Source: Eledone cirrhosa (taxonomy: Eukaryota). From it: a stretch of 64,000 nucleotides of DNA. Made by a program: the position numbers and the translations under genes. Positions 41,835 to 57,000 of the stretch are shown here, piece by piece. Each line of letters opens with the position of its first letter. Position 1 is the stretch's first letter. The notes below the pieces were generated by a model. The model saw only the letters and a list, made by a program, of their open reading frames with translations, searched no databases and was not told the DNA's origin. Location: positions 19,902,001-19,966,000 of the forward strand of contig OZ024752.1 of assembly GCA_964016885.1 (NCBI GenBank), given 5' to 3'.

Positions 41835-44800
41835 GAAGAATGAATAAATTCTATACCATCATGTTCAGAGGGGAGAGCATGAATAAACGATCTAACTTCT
41901 CTGCAGACGACAGAGAGAACACGTTATAAATTTTACACAATTTAGTTCAGAGGCGAGAATATGAAGAGACGAACTGACTTCCATAAATTGCAGACGACAG
42001 AGAGAAAAAAATGTTATAAATTCTACACCATCTTGTACGGAGAGGAGACCGTGAACAGACGAATTGACTTCTATAAAGTACAGATGAGAGAGATAATGTT
42101 ATAAATTCTTCACCATCTTGTACGGAGAGGAGACGTGAACAGACGAATTGACTTCTATAAAGTACAGATGAGAGAGATAATGTCATAAATTCTACACCAT
42201 CTTGTACGGAGAGGAGTCCGTGAACAGACGAATTGACTTTTATAAAGTACAGATGAGAGAGAGAATGTTATAAATTCTACACCATCTTGTACGGAGAGGA
42301 GACCGTGAACAGACGAATTGACTTCTATAAAGTACAGATGAGAGAGAGAATGTTATAAATTCTTCACCATCTTGTACGGAGAGGAGACCGTGAACAGACG
42401 AATTGACTTCTATAAAGTAAAGATGGGAGAGAGAATGTTATAAATTCTTCACCATCTTGTACGGAGAGGAGACCGTGAACAGACGAATTGACTTCTATAA
42501 AGTACAGATGAGAGAGAGAATGTTATAAATTCTTCACCATCTTGTACGGAGAGGAGACCGTGAACAGACGAATTGACTTCTATAAAGTACAGATGAGAGA
42601 GAGAATGTTATAAATTCTTCACCATCTTGTACGGAGAGGAGACCGTGAACAGACGAATTGACTTCTATAAAGTACAGATGAGAGAGAGAATGTTATAAAT
42701 TCTTCACCATCTTGTACGGAGAGGAGACCGTGAACAGACGAATTGACTTCTATAAAGTACAGATGAGAGAGAGAATGTTATACATTCTTCACCATCTTGT
42801 ACGGAGAGGAGACCGTGAACAGACGAATTGACTTCTATAAAGTACAGATGAGAGAGAGAAAGTTATAAATTCTACATCATCTTGTACGGAGAGGAGACCG
42901 TGAACAGACGAATTGACTTCTATAAAGTAAAGATGAGAGAGAGAATGTTATAAATTCTTCACCATCTTGTACGGAGAGGAGTCCGTGAACAGACGAATTG
43001 ACTTTTATAAAGTACAGATGAGAGAGAGAATGTTATAAATTCTTCACCATCTTGTACGGAGAGGAGATCGTGAACAGACGAATTGACTTCTATAAAGTAC
43101 AGACGAGAGAGCTAATGTTATAAATTCTTCACCATCTTGTACGGAGAGGAGACCGTGAACAGACGAATTGACTTCTATAAAGTACAGATGAGAAAGAGAA
43201 TGTTATAAATTCTTCACCGTCTTGTACGGAGAGGAGATCGTGAACAGACGAATTGACTTCTATAAAGTACAGATGAGAGAGCTAATGTTATAAATTCTTC
43301 ACCATCTTGTACGGAGAGGAGACCGTGAACAGACGAATTGACTTCTATAAAGTACAGATGAGAGAGAGAATGTTATAAATTCTTCACCATCTTGTACGGA
43401 GAGGAGACCGTGAACAGACGAATTGACTTCTATAAAGTACAGATGAGAGAGAGAATGTTATAAATTCTTCACCATCTTGTACGGAGAGGAGACCGTGAAC
43501 AGACGAATTGACTTCTATAAAGTACAGATGAGAGAGAGAATGTTATAAATTCTTCACCATCTTGTACGGAGAGGAGACCGTGAACAGACGAATTGACTTC
43601 TATAAAGTACAGATGAGAGAGAGAATGTTATAAATTCTTCACCATCTTGTACGGAGAGGAGACCGTGAACAGACGAATTGACTTCTATAAAGTACAGATG
43701 AGAGAGAGAATGTTATAAATTCTTCACCATCTTGTACGGAGAGGAGACCGTGAACAGACGAATTGACTTCTATAAAGTACAGATGAGAGAGAGAATGTTA
43801 TAAATTCTTCACCATCTTGTACGGAGAGGAGACCGTGAACAGACGAATTGACTTCTATAAAGTAAAGATGAGAGAGAGAATGTTATAAATTCTACACCAT
43901 CTTGTACGGAGAGGAGACCGTGAACAGACGAATTGACTTCTATAAAGTACAGATGAGAGAGAGAATGTTATAAATTCTACACCATCTTGTACGGAGAGGA
44001 GACCGTGAACAGACGAATTGACTTCTATAAAGTACAGATGAGAGAGAGAATGTTATAAATTCTTTACCATCTTGTACGGAGAGGAGACCGTGAACAGACG
44101 AATTGACTTCTATAAAGTAAAGATGAGAGAGAGAATGTTATAAATTCTACACCATCTTGTACGGAGAGGAGACCATGAACAGACGAATTGACTTCTATAA
44201 AGTACAGATGAGAGAGAGAATGTTATAAATTCTTTACCATCTTGTACGGAGAGGAGACCGTGAACAGACGAATTGACTTCTATAAAGTACAGATGAGAGA
44301 GAGAATGTTATAAATTCTTCACCATCTTGTACGGAGAGGAGACCGTGAACAGACGAATTTACTTCTATAAAGTAAAGATGAGAGAGAGAATGTTATAAAT
44401 TCTACACAATCTTGTACGGAGAGGAGTCCGTGAACAGACGAATTGACTTCTATAAAGTACAGATGAGAGAGAGAATGTTATAAATTCTTCACCATCTTGT
44501 ACGGAGAGGAGACCGTGAACAGACGAATTGACTTCTATAAAGTACAGATGAGAGAGAGAAAGTTATAAATTCTACACCATCTTGTACGGAGAGGAGACCG
44601 TGAACAGACGAATTGACTTCTATAAAGTACAGATGAGAGAGAGAAAGTTATAAATTCTACACCATCTTGTACGGAGAGGAGACCGTGAACAGACGAATTG
44701 ACTTCTATAAAGTACAGATGAGAGAGAGAAAGTTATAAATTCTACATCATCTTGTACGGAGAGGAGACCGTGAACAGACGAATTGACTTCTATAAAGTAA

Positions 44801-46485
44801 AGATGAGAGAGAGAATGTTATAAATTCTTCACCATCTTGTACGGAGAGGAGTCCGTGAACAGACGAATTGACTTTTATAAAGTACAGATGAGAGAGAGAA
44901 TGTTATAAATTCTTCACCATCTTGTACGGAGAGGAGATCGTGAACAGACGAATTGACTTCTATAAAGTACAGACGAGAGAGCTAATGTTATAAATTCTTC
45001 ACCATCTTGTACGGAGAGGAGACCGTGAACAGACGAATTGACTTCTATAAAGTACAGATGAGAGAGAGAATGTTATAAATTCTTCACCGTCTTGTACGGA
45101 GAGGAGATCGTGAACAGACGAATTGACTTCTATAAAGTACAGATGAGAGAGCTAATGTTATAAATTCTTCACCATCTTGTACGGAGAGGAGACCGTGAAC
45201 AGACGAATTGACTTCTATAAAGTACAGATGAGAGAGAGAATGTTATAAATTCTTCACCATCTTGTACGGAGAGGAGACCGTGAACAGACGAATTGACTTC
45301 TATAAAGTACAGATGAGAGAGAGAATGTTATAAATTCTTCACCATCTTGTACGGAGAGGAGATCGTGAACAGACGAATTGACTTCTATAGAGTACAGATG
45401 AGAGAGATAATGTTATAAATTCTACACCATCTTGTATGGAGAGGAGACCGTGAACAGACGAATTGACTTCTATAAAGTACAGATGAGACAGATAATGTTA
45501 TAAATTCTTCACCATCTTCTACGGAGAGGAGACCGTGAACAGACGAATTGACTTCTATAAAGTACAGATGAGACAGATAATGTTATAAATTCTTCACCAT
45601 CTTGTACGGAAAGGAGACCGTGAACAGACGAATTGACTTCTATAAAGTACAGATGAGAGAGAGAATGTTATATATTCTTCACCATCTTGTACGGAGAGGA
45701 GACCGTGAACAGACGAATTGACTTCTATAAAGTACAGATGAGAGAGAGAATGTTATAAATTCTTCACCATCTTGTACGGAGAGGAGACCGTGAACAGACG
45801 AATTGACTTCTATAAAGTACAGATGAGAGAGAGAATGTTATAAATTCTACACCATCTTGTACGGAGAGGAGACCGTGAACAGACGAATTGACTTCTATAA
45901 AGTACAGATGAGAGAGATAATGTTATAAATTCTACACCATCTTGTACGGAGAGGAGACCGTGAACAGACGAATTGACTTCTATAAAGTACAGATGAGAGA
46001 GAGAATGTTATAAATTCTACACCATCTTGTACGGAGAGGAGACCGTGAACAGACGAATTGACTTCTATAAAGTACAGATGAGAGAGAGAATGTTATAAAT
46101 TCTTCACCATCTTGTACGGAGAGGAGACCGTGAACAGACGAATTGACTTCTATAAAGTACAGATGAGAGAGATAATGTTATAAATTCTACACCATCTTGT
46201 ACGGAGAGGAGACCGTGAACAGACGAATTGACTTCTATAAAGTACAGATGAGACAGATAATGTTATACATTCTTCACCATCTTGTACGGAGAGGAGACCG
46301 TGAACAGACGAATTGACTTCTATAAAGTACAGATGAGAGAGAGAATGTTATAAATTCTTCACCATCTTGTACGGAGAGGAGACCGTGAACAGACGAATTG
46401 ACTTCTATAAAGTACAGATGAGAGAGAGAATGTTATAAATTCTTCACCATCTTGTACAGAGGGGAGAAAATGAATAAATTCTCTA
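41835..46485 (+). repeat. 85-bp satellite, ~52 homogeneous copies plus degenerate edge copies
   Basis: Unit aatgttataaattcttcaccatcttgtacggagaggagaccgtgaacagacgaattgacttctataaagtacagatgagagagag; period 85 (42301 vs 42386). Confidence 0.97.
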
Positions 46486-46842
46486 CACAGAGCCAGCACC
46501 CAAGGTTAGCCCCACAATGTATTCCCCCACACTCACACTTCTAGTTATGCGCCTCACTTTCCCAAATAAAACAACTTCAACTTACAGTTTGGTTAAGCAG
46601 ACAAATCTAGCTTTTGACACTTCTTTCCCCGACCACACTAAAGAGTTACTAAGCCTGCATTTTTTTTCACAGGTCTTAACGGCTTACGACCCTCTACGCC
46701 GATTTGGGATATTTCCACAATGCTGATACACGACAAAGATGTTTAATGATATATTTATTGATTTTAAGAAACTATTTTATATTTAAGTTAATTAAATAAT
46801 TATATATAAAACTCTGATCCTTGCGTGAGGCTACCATGTACC

Positions 46843-46912
46843 GCCGGGAATCGAACTTACAACTTTACGATCGTGAGCCAAACATCCTAACCACTAATCG
46901 ACACGCCTTCAC
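46843..46912 (-). mobile_element. tRNA-derived SINE head
   Basis: Minus strand gtgaaggcgtgtcgattagtggttagg...gttcgattcccggcg with A- and B-box-like motifs. Confidence 0.65.
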
Positions 46913-47544
46913 GGACTGCAGCCGGTAGAGACGGTGAGTTGCATTGGAACAGCCATTCAACCTCGCGTAGCTCACATATGCGGGTAACCAACTCTGCTCC
47001 GTTTGCAGTGAGCAGGGATGTGGTCTGGATGTGTGTGTGGAGGGGATGCAAGAACGCCGGGAGTCTTCAATGCTACAGGCTCTGTCACAGACCTATGAAA
47101 AAGCTGCCGGTACATGGACAGTTTACCCTCTTCGGCCTATCAGGAAACAAAGCCTGGGCTGGTTGCCACTAGAGAAGGTGTCACAACATCTGACATCCCA
47201 GATTAGGGGCCTAGCCCCGCAGAACGGGAAGTTGTCATGTTGTCTTACCGTCCCCCTCGAACTAGGTAGGGTACCTCTACCGTCCGGGCCATGCCCCAAA
47301 CCCTGTTAATCTAGTGGTTTGTGAGGTAGGGGTATACATGAATGCTTCAGTATGTGAGTGTAATTAAATTGTATATATGTGTGTGTGTGTGTAGAAAGCC
47401 CAACCCTGACCCAGGCACGGCAGCAGACCATGCAGCTATCTGTATTTTTATTTGAATAGAACAAAACTTTTCAATTTGTATTTTTCACATCTTAAAACTT
47501 AATCTTAGTCTTTTGTGGCACATGTAGTTAAATGTTGCGGCGGC

Positions 47545-47872
47545 AGAGTGAGGTGCTCCAGCATGGTCGGAGACTGACAGCAGCGACAGAGTGGGGTGCT
47601 CCAGCATGGTCGGAGACTGACAGCAGCGACATACTGAGGTGCTCCAGTATGGTCGTAGACTGACAGCTGCGACAGAGTGTGCTGCTCCAGCATGGTCGTA
47701 GACTAATGTCAGACAGCAGCGACAGAGTGTGGTGCTGCAGCATGGTCGTAGACTAATGACAGACGGCAGGACAGAGTGTGGTGCTGCAGCATGGTCGTAG
47801 ACTAATGACAGACAGCAGGACACAGTGTGGTGCTGCAGCATGGTCGTAGACTAATGACAGACAGCAGCAACA
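47545..47872 (+). repeat. Minisatellite, 43-bp units becoming 50-bp units, ~7 copies
   Basis: agagtg(t)ggtgct(c/g)cagcatggtcg(g/t)agact[aatgaca]gacagcagcgac. Confidence 0.9.
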
Positions 47873-48097
47873 GAGGGAAAACAAGAAACTCAATGTAAGA
47901 GAGTCAACAAATAATTTAATGAAGACCATAAAATGTTTTGCAAAGGAAATCGACGAGACGAGACGAGACGAGACTAAATACAACAGGCTTAACTGCTTAA
48001 CTAAACTAATGAGCCTTTGATGGTGATAATTATTTCTCCGTGGAATATTTAAGCTGTCAATCAAACGATGGCTGGACTGGTGGCTGGGTTGGTGCTG

Positions 48098-51000
48098 CCC
48101 CTACTGTACCTATGTTGTTGTTATATTAAACCCACAGCCCCTACTGTACCTATGTTGTTGTTATATTAACCCCACAGCCACTACTGTACCTATGTTGTTG
48201 TTATATTAACCCCACAGCCCCTACTGTACCTATGTTGTTGTTATATTAAACCCACAGCCCCTACTGTACCTATGTTGTTGTTATATTAACCCCACAGCCC
48301 CTACTGTACCTATGTTGTTGTTGTTATATTAACCCCACAGCCCCTACTGTACCTATGTTGTTGTTGTTGTTATATTAACCCCACAGCCCCTACTGTACCT
48401 ATGTTGTTGTTGTTATATTAACCCCACAGCCCCTACTGTACCTATGTTGTTGTTGTTATATTAACCCCACAGCCCCTACTGTAACTATGTTGTTGTTGTT
48501 GTTATATTAACCCCACAGCCCCTACTGTACCTATGTTGTTGTTATATTAAACCCACAGCCCCTACTGTACCTATGTTGTTGTTATATTAACCCCACAGCC
48601 CCTACTGTACCTATGTTGTTGTTGTTATATTAACCCCACAGCCCCTACTGTACCTATGTTGTTGTTGTTATATTAACCCCCACAGCCCCTACTGTACCTA
48701 TGTTGTTGTTGTTGTTATATTAACACCACAGCCCCTACTGTACCTATGTTGTTGTTATATTAACCCCACAGCCCCTACTGTACCTATGTTGTTGTTGTTA
48801 TATTAACCCCCACAGCCCCTACTGTAACTATGTTGTTGTTGTTATATGAACCCCACAGCCCCTACTGTACCTATGTTGTTGTTGTTGTTATATTAACCCC
48901 ACAGCCCCTACTGTACCTATGTTGTTGTTGTTATATGAACCCCACAGCCCCTACTGTACCTATGTTGTTGTTGTTATATGAACCCCACAGCCCCTACTGT
49001 ACCTATGTTGTTGTTGTTGTTATATTAACCCCACAGCCCCTACTGTACCTATGTTGTTGTTGTTGTTATATTAACCCCACAGCCCCTACTGTACCTATGT
49101 TGTTGTTGTTATATTAACCCCCACAGCCCCTACTGTAACTATGTTGTTGTTGTTATATTAACCCCCACAGCCCCTACTGTACCTATGTTGTTGTTGTTGT
49201 TATATTAACCCCACAGCCCCTACTGTACCTATGTTGTTGTTGTTGTTATATTAACCCCACAGCCCCTACTGTACCTATGTTGTTGTTGTTGTTATATTAA
49301 CCCCACAGCCCCTACTGTACCTATGTTGTTGTTGTTGTTATATTAACCCCACAGCCCCTACTGTAACTATGTTGTTGTTGTTATATTAACCCCACAGCCC
49401 CTACTGTACCTATGTTGTTGTTGTTGTTATATTAACCCCACAGCCCCTACTGTACCTATGTTGTTGTTGTTGTTATATTAACCCCACAGCCCCTACTGTA
49501 CCTATGTTGTTGTTGTTATATTAACCCCACAGCCCCTACTGTACCTATATTGTTGTTGTTATATTAACCCCACAGCCCCTACTGTAACTATGTTGTTGTT
49601 GTTATATTAACCCCACAGCCCCTACTGTAACTATGTTGTTGTTGTTATATTAACCCCCACAGCCCCTACTGTACCTATGTTGTTGTTGTTGTTATATTAA
49701 CCCCACAGCCCCTACTGTACCTATGTTGTTGTTGTTGTTATATTAACCCCACAGCCCCTACTGTACCTATGTTGTTGTTGTTATATTAACCCCACAGCCC
49801 CTACTGTACCTATGTTGTTGTTGTTATATTAACCCCACAGCCCCTACTGTAACTATGTTGTTGTTGTTATATTAACCCCACAGCTCCTACTGTACCTATG
49901 TTGTTGTTGTTGTTATATTAACCCCACAGCCCCTACTGTACCTATGTTGTTGTTGTTGTTATATTAACCCCACAGCCACTACTGTAACTATGTTGTTGTT
50001 GTTATATTAACCCCACAGCCCCTACTGTACCTATGTTGTTGTTGTTGTTATATTAACCCCACAGCCCCTACTGTACCTATGTTGTTGTTGTTATATTAAC
50101 CCCACAGCCCCTACTGTACCTATGTTGTTGTTGTTATATTAACCCCACAGCCCCTACTGTACCTATATTGTTGTTGTTATATTAACCCCACAGCCCCTAC
50201 TGTACCTATGTTGTTGTTGTTATATTAACCCCACAGCCCCTACTGTAACTATGTTGTTGTTGTTATATTAACCCCACAGCCCCTACTGTACCTATGTTGT
50301 TGTTGTTATATTAACCCCACAGCCCCTACTGCAACTATGTTGTTGTTGTTATATTAACCCCACAGCCCCTACTGTACCTATGTTGTTGTTATATTAATCC
50401 CACAGCCCCTACTGTAACTATGTTGTTGTTGTTATATTAACCCCACAGCCTCTACTGTACCTATGTTGTTGTTGTTGTTATATTAACCCCACAGCCCCTA
50501 CTGTAACTATGTTGTTGTTGTTATATTAACCCCACAGCCCCTACTGTACCTATGTTGTTGTTGTTGTTATATTAACCCCACAGCCCCTACTGTACCTATG
50601 TTGTTGTTGTTGTTATATTAACCCCACAGCCCCTACTGTACCTATGTTGTTGTTGTTATATTAACCCCACAGCCCCTACTGTACCTATATTGTTGTTGTT
50701 ATATTAACCCCACAGCCCCTACTGTAACTATGTTGTTGTTGTTATATTAACCCCACAGCCCCTACTGTAACTATGTTGTTGTTGTTATATTAACCCCACA
50801 GCCACTACTGTACCTATGTTGTTGTTGTTATATTAACCCCACAGCCCCTACTGTACCTATGTTGTTGTTGTTATATTAACCCCACAGCCCCTACTGTAAC
50901 TATGTTGTTGTTGTTATATTAACCCCACAGCCTCTACTGTACCTATGTTGTTGTTGTTGTTATATTAACCCCACAGCCACTACTGTACCTATGTTGTTGT

Positions 51001-54000
51001 TGTTATATTAACCCCACAGCCCCTACTGTACCTATGTTGTTGTTGTTATATTAACCCCACAGCCCCTACTGTACCTATGTTGTTGTTGTTATATTAACCC
51101 CACAGCCCCTACTGTACCTATGTTGTTGTTGTTATATGAACCCCACAGCCCCTACTGTACCTATGTTGTTGTTGTTATATGAACCCCACAGCCCCTACTG
51201 TACCTATGTTGTTGTTGTTGTTATATTAACCCCACAGCCCCTACTGTACCTATGTTGTTGTTGTTGTTATATTAACCCCACAGCCCCTACTGTACCTATG
51301 TTGTTGTTGTTATATTAACCCCCACAGCCCCTACTGTAACTATGTTGTTGTTGTTATATTAACCCCCACAGCCCCTACTGTACCTATGTTGTTGTTGTTG
51401 TTATATTAACCCCACAGCCCCTACTGTACCTATGTTGTTGTTGTTGTTATATTAACCCCACAGCCCCTACTGTACCTATGTTGTTGTTGTTGTTATATTA
51501 ACCCCACAGCCCCTACTGTACCTATGTTGTTGTTGTTGTTATATTAACCCCACAGCCCCTACTGTAACTATGTTGTTGTTGTTATATTAACCCCACAGCC
51601 CCTACTGTACCTATGTTGTTGTTGTTGTTATATTAACCCCACAGCCCCTACTGTACCTATGTTGTTGTTGTTGTTATATTAACCCCACAGCCCCTACTGT
51701 ACCTATGTTGTTGTTGTTATATTAACCCCACAGCCCCTACTGTACCTATATTGTTGTTGTTATATTAACCCCACAGCCCCTACTGTACCTATGTTGTTGT
51801 TGTTATATTAACCCCACAGCCCCTACTGTACCTATGTTGTTGTTGTTATATTAACCCCACAGCCCCTACTGTAACTATGTTGTTGTTGTTATATTAACCC
51901 CACAGCCTCTACTGTACCTATGTTGTTGTTGTTGTTATATTAACCCCACAGCCACTACTGTACCTATGTTGTTGTTGTTATATTAACCCCACAGCCCCTA
52001 CTGTACCTATGTTGTTGTTGTTATATTAACCCCACAGCCCCTACTGTACCTATATTGTTGTTGTTATATTAACCCCACAGCCCCTACTGTAACTATGTTG
52101 TTGTTGTTATATTAACCCCACAGCCCCTACTGTAACTATGTTGTTGTTGTTATATTAACCCCCACAGCCCCTACTGTACCTATGTTGTTGTTGTTGTTAT
52201 ATTAACCCCACAGCCCCTACTGTACCTATGTTGTTGTTGTTGTTATATTAACCCCACAGCCCCTACTGTACCTATGTTGTTGTTGTTATATTAACCCCAC
52301 AGCCCCTACTGTACCTATGTTGTTGTTGTTATATTAACCCCACAGCCCCTACTGTAACTATGTTGTTGTTGTTATATTAACCCCACAGCCCCTACTGTAC
52401 CTATGTTGTTGTTGTTGTTATATTAACCCCACAGCCCCTACTGTACCTATGTTGTTGTTGTTATATTAACCCCACAGCCCCTACTGTAACTATGTTGTTG
52501 TTGTTATATTAACCCCACAGCCCCTACTGTACCTATGTTGTTGTTGTTGTTATATTAACCCCACAGCCCCTACTGTACCTATGTTCTTGTTGTTATATTA
52601 ACCCCACAGCCCCTACTGTACCTATGTTGTTGTTGTTATATTAACCCCACAGCCCCTACTGTACCTATATTGTTGTTGTTATATTAACCCCACAGCCCCT
52701 ACTGTACCTATGTTGTTGTTGTTATATTAACCCCACAGCCCCTACTGTAACTATGTTGTTGTTGTTATATTAACCCCACAGCCCCTACTGTACCTATGTT
52801 GTTGTTGTTATATTAACCCCACAGCCCCTACTGCAACTATGTTGTTGTTGTTATATTAACCCCACAGCCCCTACTGTACCTATGTTGTTGTTGTTATATT
52901 AACCCCACAGCCCCTACTGTACCTATGTTGTTGTTGTTATATTAACCCCACAGCCCCTACTGTAACTATGTTGTTGTTGTTATATTAACCCCACAGCCCC
53001 TACTGTACCTATGTTGTTGTTGTTGTTATATTAACCCCACAGCCACTACTGTACCTATGTTGTTGTTGTTATATTAACCCCACAGCCCCTACTGTACCTA
53101 TGTTGTTGTTGTTATATTAACCCCACAGCCCCTACTGTACCTATGTTGTTGTTGTTATATTAACCCCACAGCCCCTACTGTACCTATGTTGTTGTTGTTA
53201 TATTAACCCCACAGCCCCTACTGTACCTATGTTGTTGTTGTTGTTATATTAACCCCACAGCCCCTACTGTACCTATGTTGTTGTTGTTATATTAACCCCA
53301 CAGCCCCTACTGTAACTATGTTGTTGTTGTTATATTAACCCCACAGCCCCTACTGTAACTATGTTGTTGTTGTTATATTAACCCCACAGCCCCTACTGTA
53401 ACTATGTTGTTGTTGTTATATTAACCCCGCAGCCCCTACTGTACCTATGTTGTTGTTGTTGTTATATTAACCCCACAGCCACTACTGTACCTATGTTGTT
53501 GTTGTTATATTAAACCCACAGCCCCTACTGTAACTATGTTGTTGTTGTTATATTAACCCCACAGCCCCTACTGTAACTATGTTGTTGTTGTTATATTAAC
53601 CCCACAGCCCCTACTGTACCTATGTTGTTGTTGTTGTTATATTAACCCCACAGCCACTACTGTACCTATGTTGTTGTTGTTATATTAAACCCACAGCCCC
53701 TACTGTAACTATGTTGTTGTTGTTATATTAACCCCACAGCCCCTACTGTACCTATGTTGTTGTTGTTGTTATATTAACCCCACAGCCCCTACTGTACCTA
53801 TGTTGTTGTTGTTGTTATATTAACCCCACAGCCACTACTGTACCTATGTTCTTGTTGTTATATTAAACCCACAGCCCCTACTGTACCTATATTGTTGTTG
53901 TTGTTATTATATTAACCCCACACCCCCTACTGTACCTATGTTGTTGTTATATTAACCCCACAGCCACTACTGTACCTATGTTCTTGTTGTTATATTAAAC

Positions 54001-57000
54001 CCACAGCCCCTACTGTACCTATATTGTTGTTGTTGTTATATTAACCCCACACCCCCTACTGTACCTATGTTGTTGTTGTTGTTATATTAACACCACAGCC
54101 CCTACTGTACCTATGTTGTTGTTATATTAACCCCACAGCCCCTACTGTACCTATGTTCTTGTTGTTATATTAACCCCACAGCCCCTACTGTAACTATGTT
54201 GTTGTTGTTATATTAACCCCACAGCCCCTACTGTACCTATGTTGTTGTTGTTATATAAACCCCACAGCCCCTACTGTACCTATGTTGTTGTTGTTATATT
54301 AACCCCACAGCCCCTACTGTAACTATGTTGTTGTTGTTATATTAACCCCACAGCCCCTACTGTAACTATGTTGTTGTTGTTATATTAACCCCACAGCCCC
54401 TACTGTACCTATGTTCTTGTTGTTATATTAACCCCACAGCCCCTACTGTACCTATGTTCTTGTTGTTATATTAACCCCACAGCCCCTACTGTACCTATGT
54501 TGTTGTTGTTATATTAACCCCACAGCCCCTACTGTAACTATGTTGTTGTTGTTATATTAACCCCACAGCCCCTACTGTACCTATGTTGTTGTTGTTATAT
54601 AAACCCCACAGCCCCTACTGTACCTATGTTGTTGTTGTTATATTAACCCCACAGCCCCTACTGTACCTATGTTGTTGTTGTTATATTAACCCCACAGCCC
54701 CTACTGTAACTATGTTGTTGTTGTTATATAAACCCCACAGCCCCTACTGTACCTATGTTCTTGTTGTTATATTAACCCCACAGCCCCTACTGTACCTATG
54801 TTCTTGTTGTTATATTAACCCCACAGCCCCTACTGTACCTATGTTGTTGTTGTTATATTAACCCCACAGCCCCTACTGTAACTATGTTGTTGTTGTTATA
54901 TTAACCCCACAGCCCCTACTGTACCTATGTTGTTGTTGTTATATAAACCCCACAGCCCCTACTGTACCTATGTTGTTGTTGTTATATTAACCCCACAGCC
55001 CCTACTGTACCTATGTTGTTGTTGTTATATTAACCCCACAGCCCCTACTGTAACTATGTTGTTGTTGTTATATTAACCCCACAGCCCCTACTGTACCTAT
55101 GTTGTTGTTGTTATATTAACCCCACAGCCCCTACTGTACCTATGTTGTTGTTGTTATATTAACCCCACAGCCCCTACTGTAACTATGTTGTTGTTGTTAT
55201 ATTAACCCCACAGCCCCTACTGTAACTATGTTGTTGTTATATTAACCCCACAGCCCCTACTGTAACTATGTTGTTGTTATATTAACCCCACAGTCCCTAC
55301 TGTAACTATGTTGTTGTTGTTATATTAACCCCACAGCCCCTACTGTAACTATGTTGTTGTTGTTATATTAACCCCACAGCCCCTACTGTACCTATGTTGT
55401 TGTTGTTGTTATATTAACCCCACAGCCCCTACTGTACCTATGTTGTTGTTGTTGTTATATTAACACCACAGTCCCTACTGTACCTATGTTCTTGTTGTTA
55501 TATTAACCCCACAGCCCCTACTGTACCTATGTTGTTGTTATATTAACCCCACAGCCCCTACTGTACCTATGTTGTTGTTATATTAACCCCCACAGCCCCT
55601 ACTGTACCTATGTTGTTGTTGTTATATTAACCCCACAGCCCCTACTGTACCTATGTTGTTGTTGTTATATTAACCCCACAGCCCCTACTGTACCTATGTT
55701 GTTGTTGTTATATTAACCCCACAGCCCCTACTGTACCTATGTTCTTGTTGTTATATTAACCCCACAGCCCCTACTGTACCTATGTTCTTGTTGTTATATT
55801 AACCCCACAGCCCCTACTGTACCTATGTTCTTGTTGTTATATTAACCCCACAGCCCCTACTGTACCTATGTTCTTGTTGTTATATTAACCCCACAGCCCC
55901 TACTGTACCTATGTTCTTGTTGTTATATTAACCCCACAGCCCCTACTGTACCTATATTGTTGTTGTTATATTAACCCCACAGCCCCTACTGTACCTATGT
56001 TGTTGTTGTTATATTAACCCCACAGCCCCTACTGTAACTATGTTGTTGTTGTTATATTAACCCCACAGCCGCTACTGTACCTATGTTGTTGTTGTTATAT
56101 TAACCCCACAGCCCCTACTGCAACTATGTTGTTGTTGTTATATTAACCCCACAGCCCCTACTGTACCTATGTTGTTGTTGTTATATTAACCCCACAGCCC
56201 CTACTGTACCTATGTTGTTGTTGTTATATTAACCCCACAGCCCCTACTGTAACTATGTTGTTGTTGTTATATTAACCCCACAGCCCCTACTGTACCTATG
56301 TTGTTGTTGTTGTTATATTAACCCCACAGCCACTACTGTACCTATGTTGTTGTTGTTGTTATATTAACCCCACAGCCCCTACTGTACCTATGTTGTTGTT
56401 GTTATATTAACCCCACAGCCCCTACTGTAACTATGTTGTTGTTGTTATATTAACCCCACAGCCCCTACTGTACCTATGTTGTTGTTGTTGTTATATTAAC
56501 CCCACAGCCACTACTGTACCTATGTTGTTGTTGTTATATTAACCCCACAGACCCTACTGTACCTATGTTGTTGTTGTTATATTAACCCCACAGCCCCTAC
56601 TGTACCTATGTTGTTGTTGTTATATTAACCCCACAGCCCCTACTGTACCTATGTTGTTGTTGTTATATTAACCCCACAGCCCCTACTGTAACTATGTTGT
56701 TGTTGTTATATTAACCCCACAGCCCCTACTGTACCTATGTTGTTGTTGTTGTTATATTAACCCCACAGCCCCTACTGTACCTATGTTGTTGTTGTTATAT
56801 TAACCCCACAGCCCCTACTGTAACTATGTTGTTGTTGTTATATTAACCCCACAGCCCCTACTGTAACTATGTTGTTGTTGTTATATTAACCCCACAGCCC
56901 CTACTGTAACTATGTTGTTGTTGTTATATTAACCCCACAGCCCCTACTGTACCTATGTTGTTGTTGTTGTTATATTAACCCCACAGCCACTACTGTACCT

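Noticed and set aside
41835-46485. 85-bp array as a CRISPR or coding repeat
   Set aside because: No unique spacers, period not a multiple of 3, stops present, no cas genes, eukaryotic context
46843-46912. tRNA gene
   Set aside because: A/B-box-like motifs only; I could not form a proper cloverleaf, and it is better explained as a SINE head
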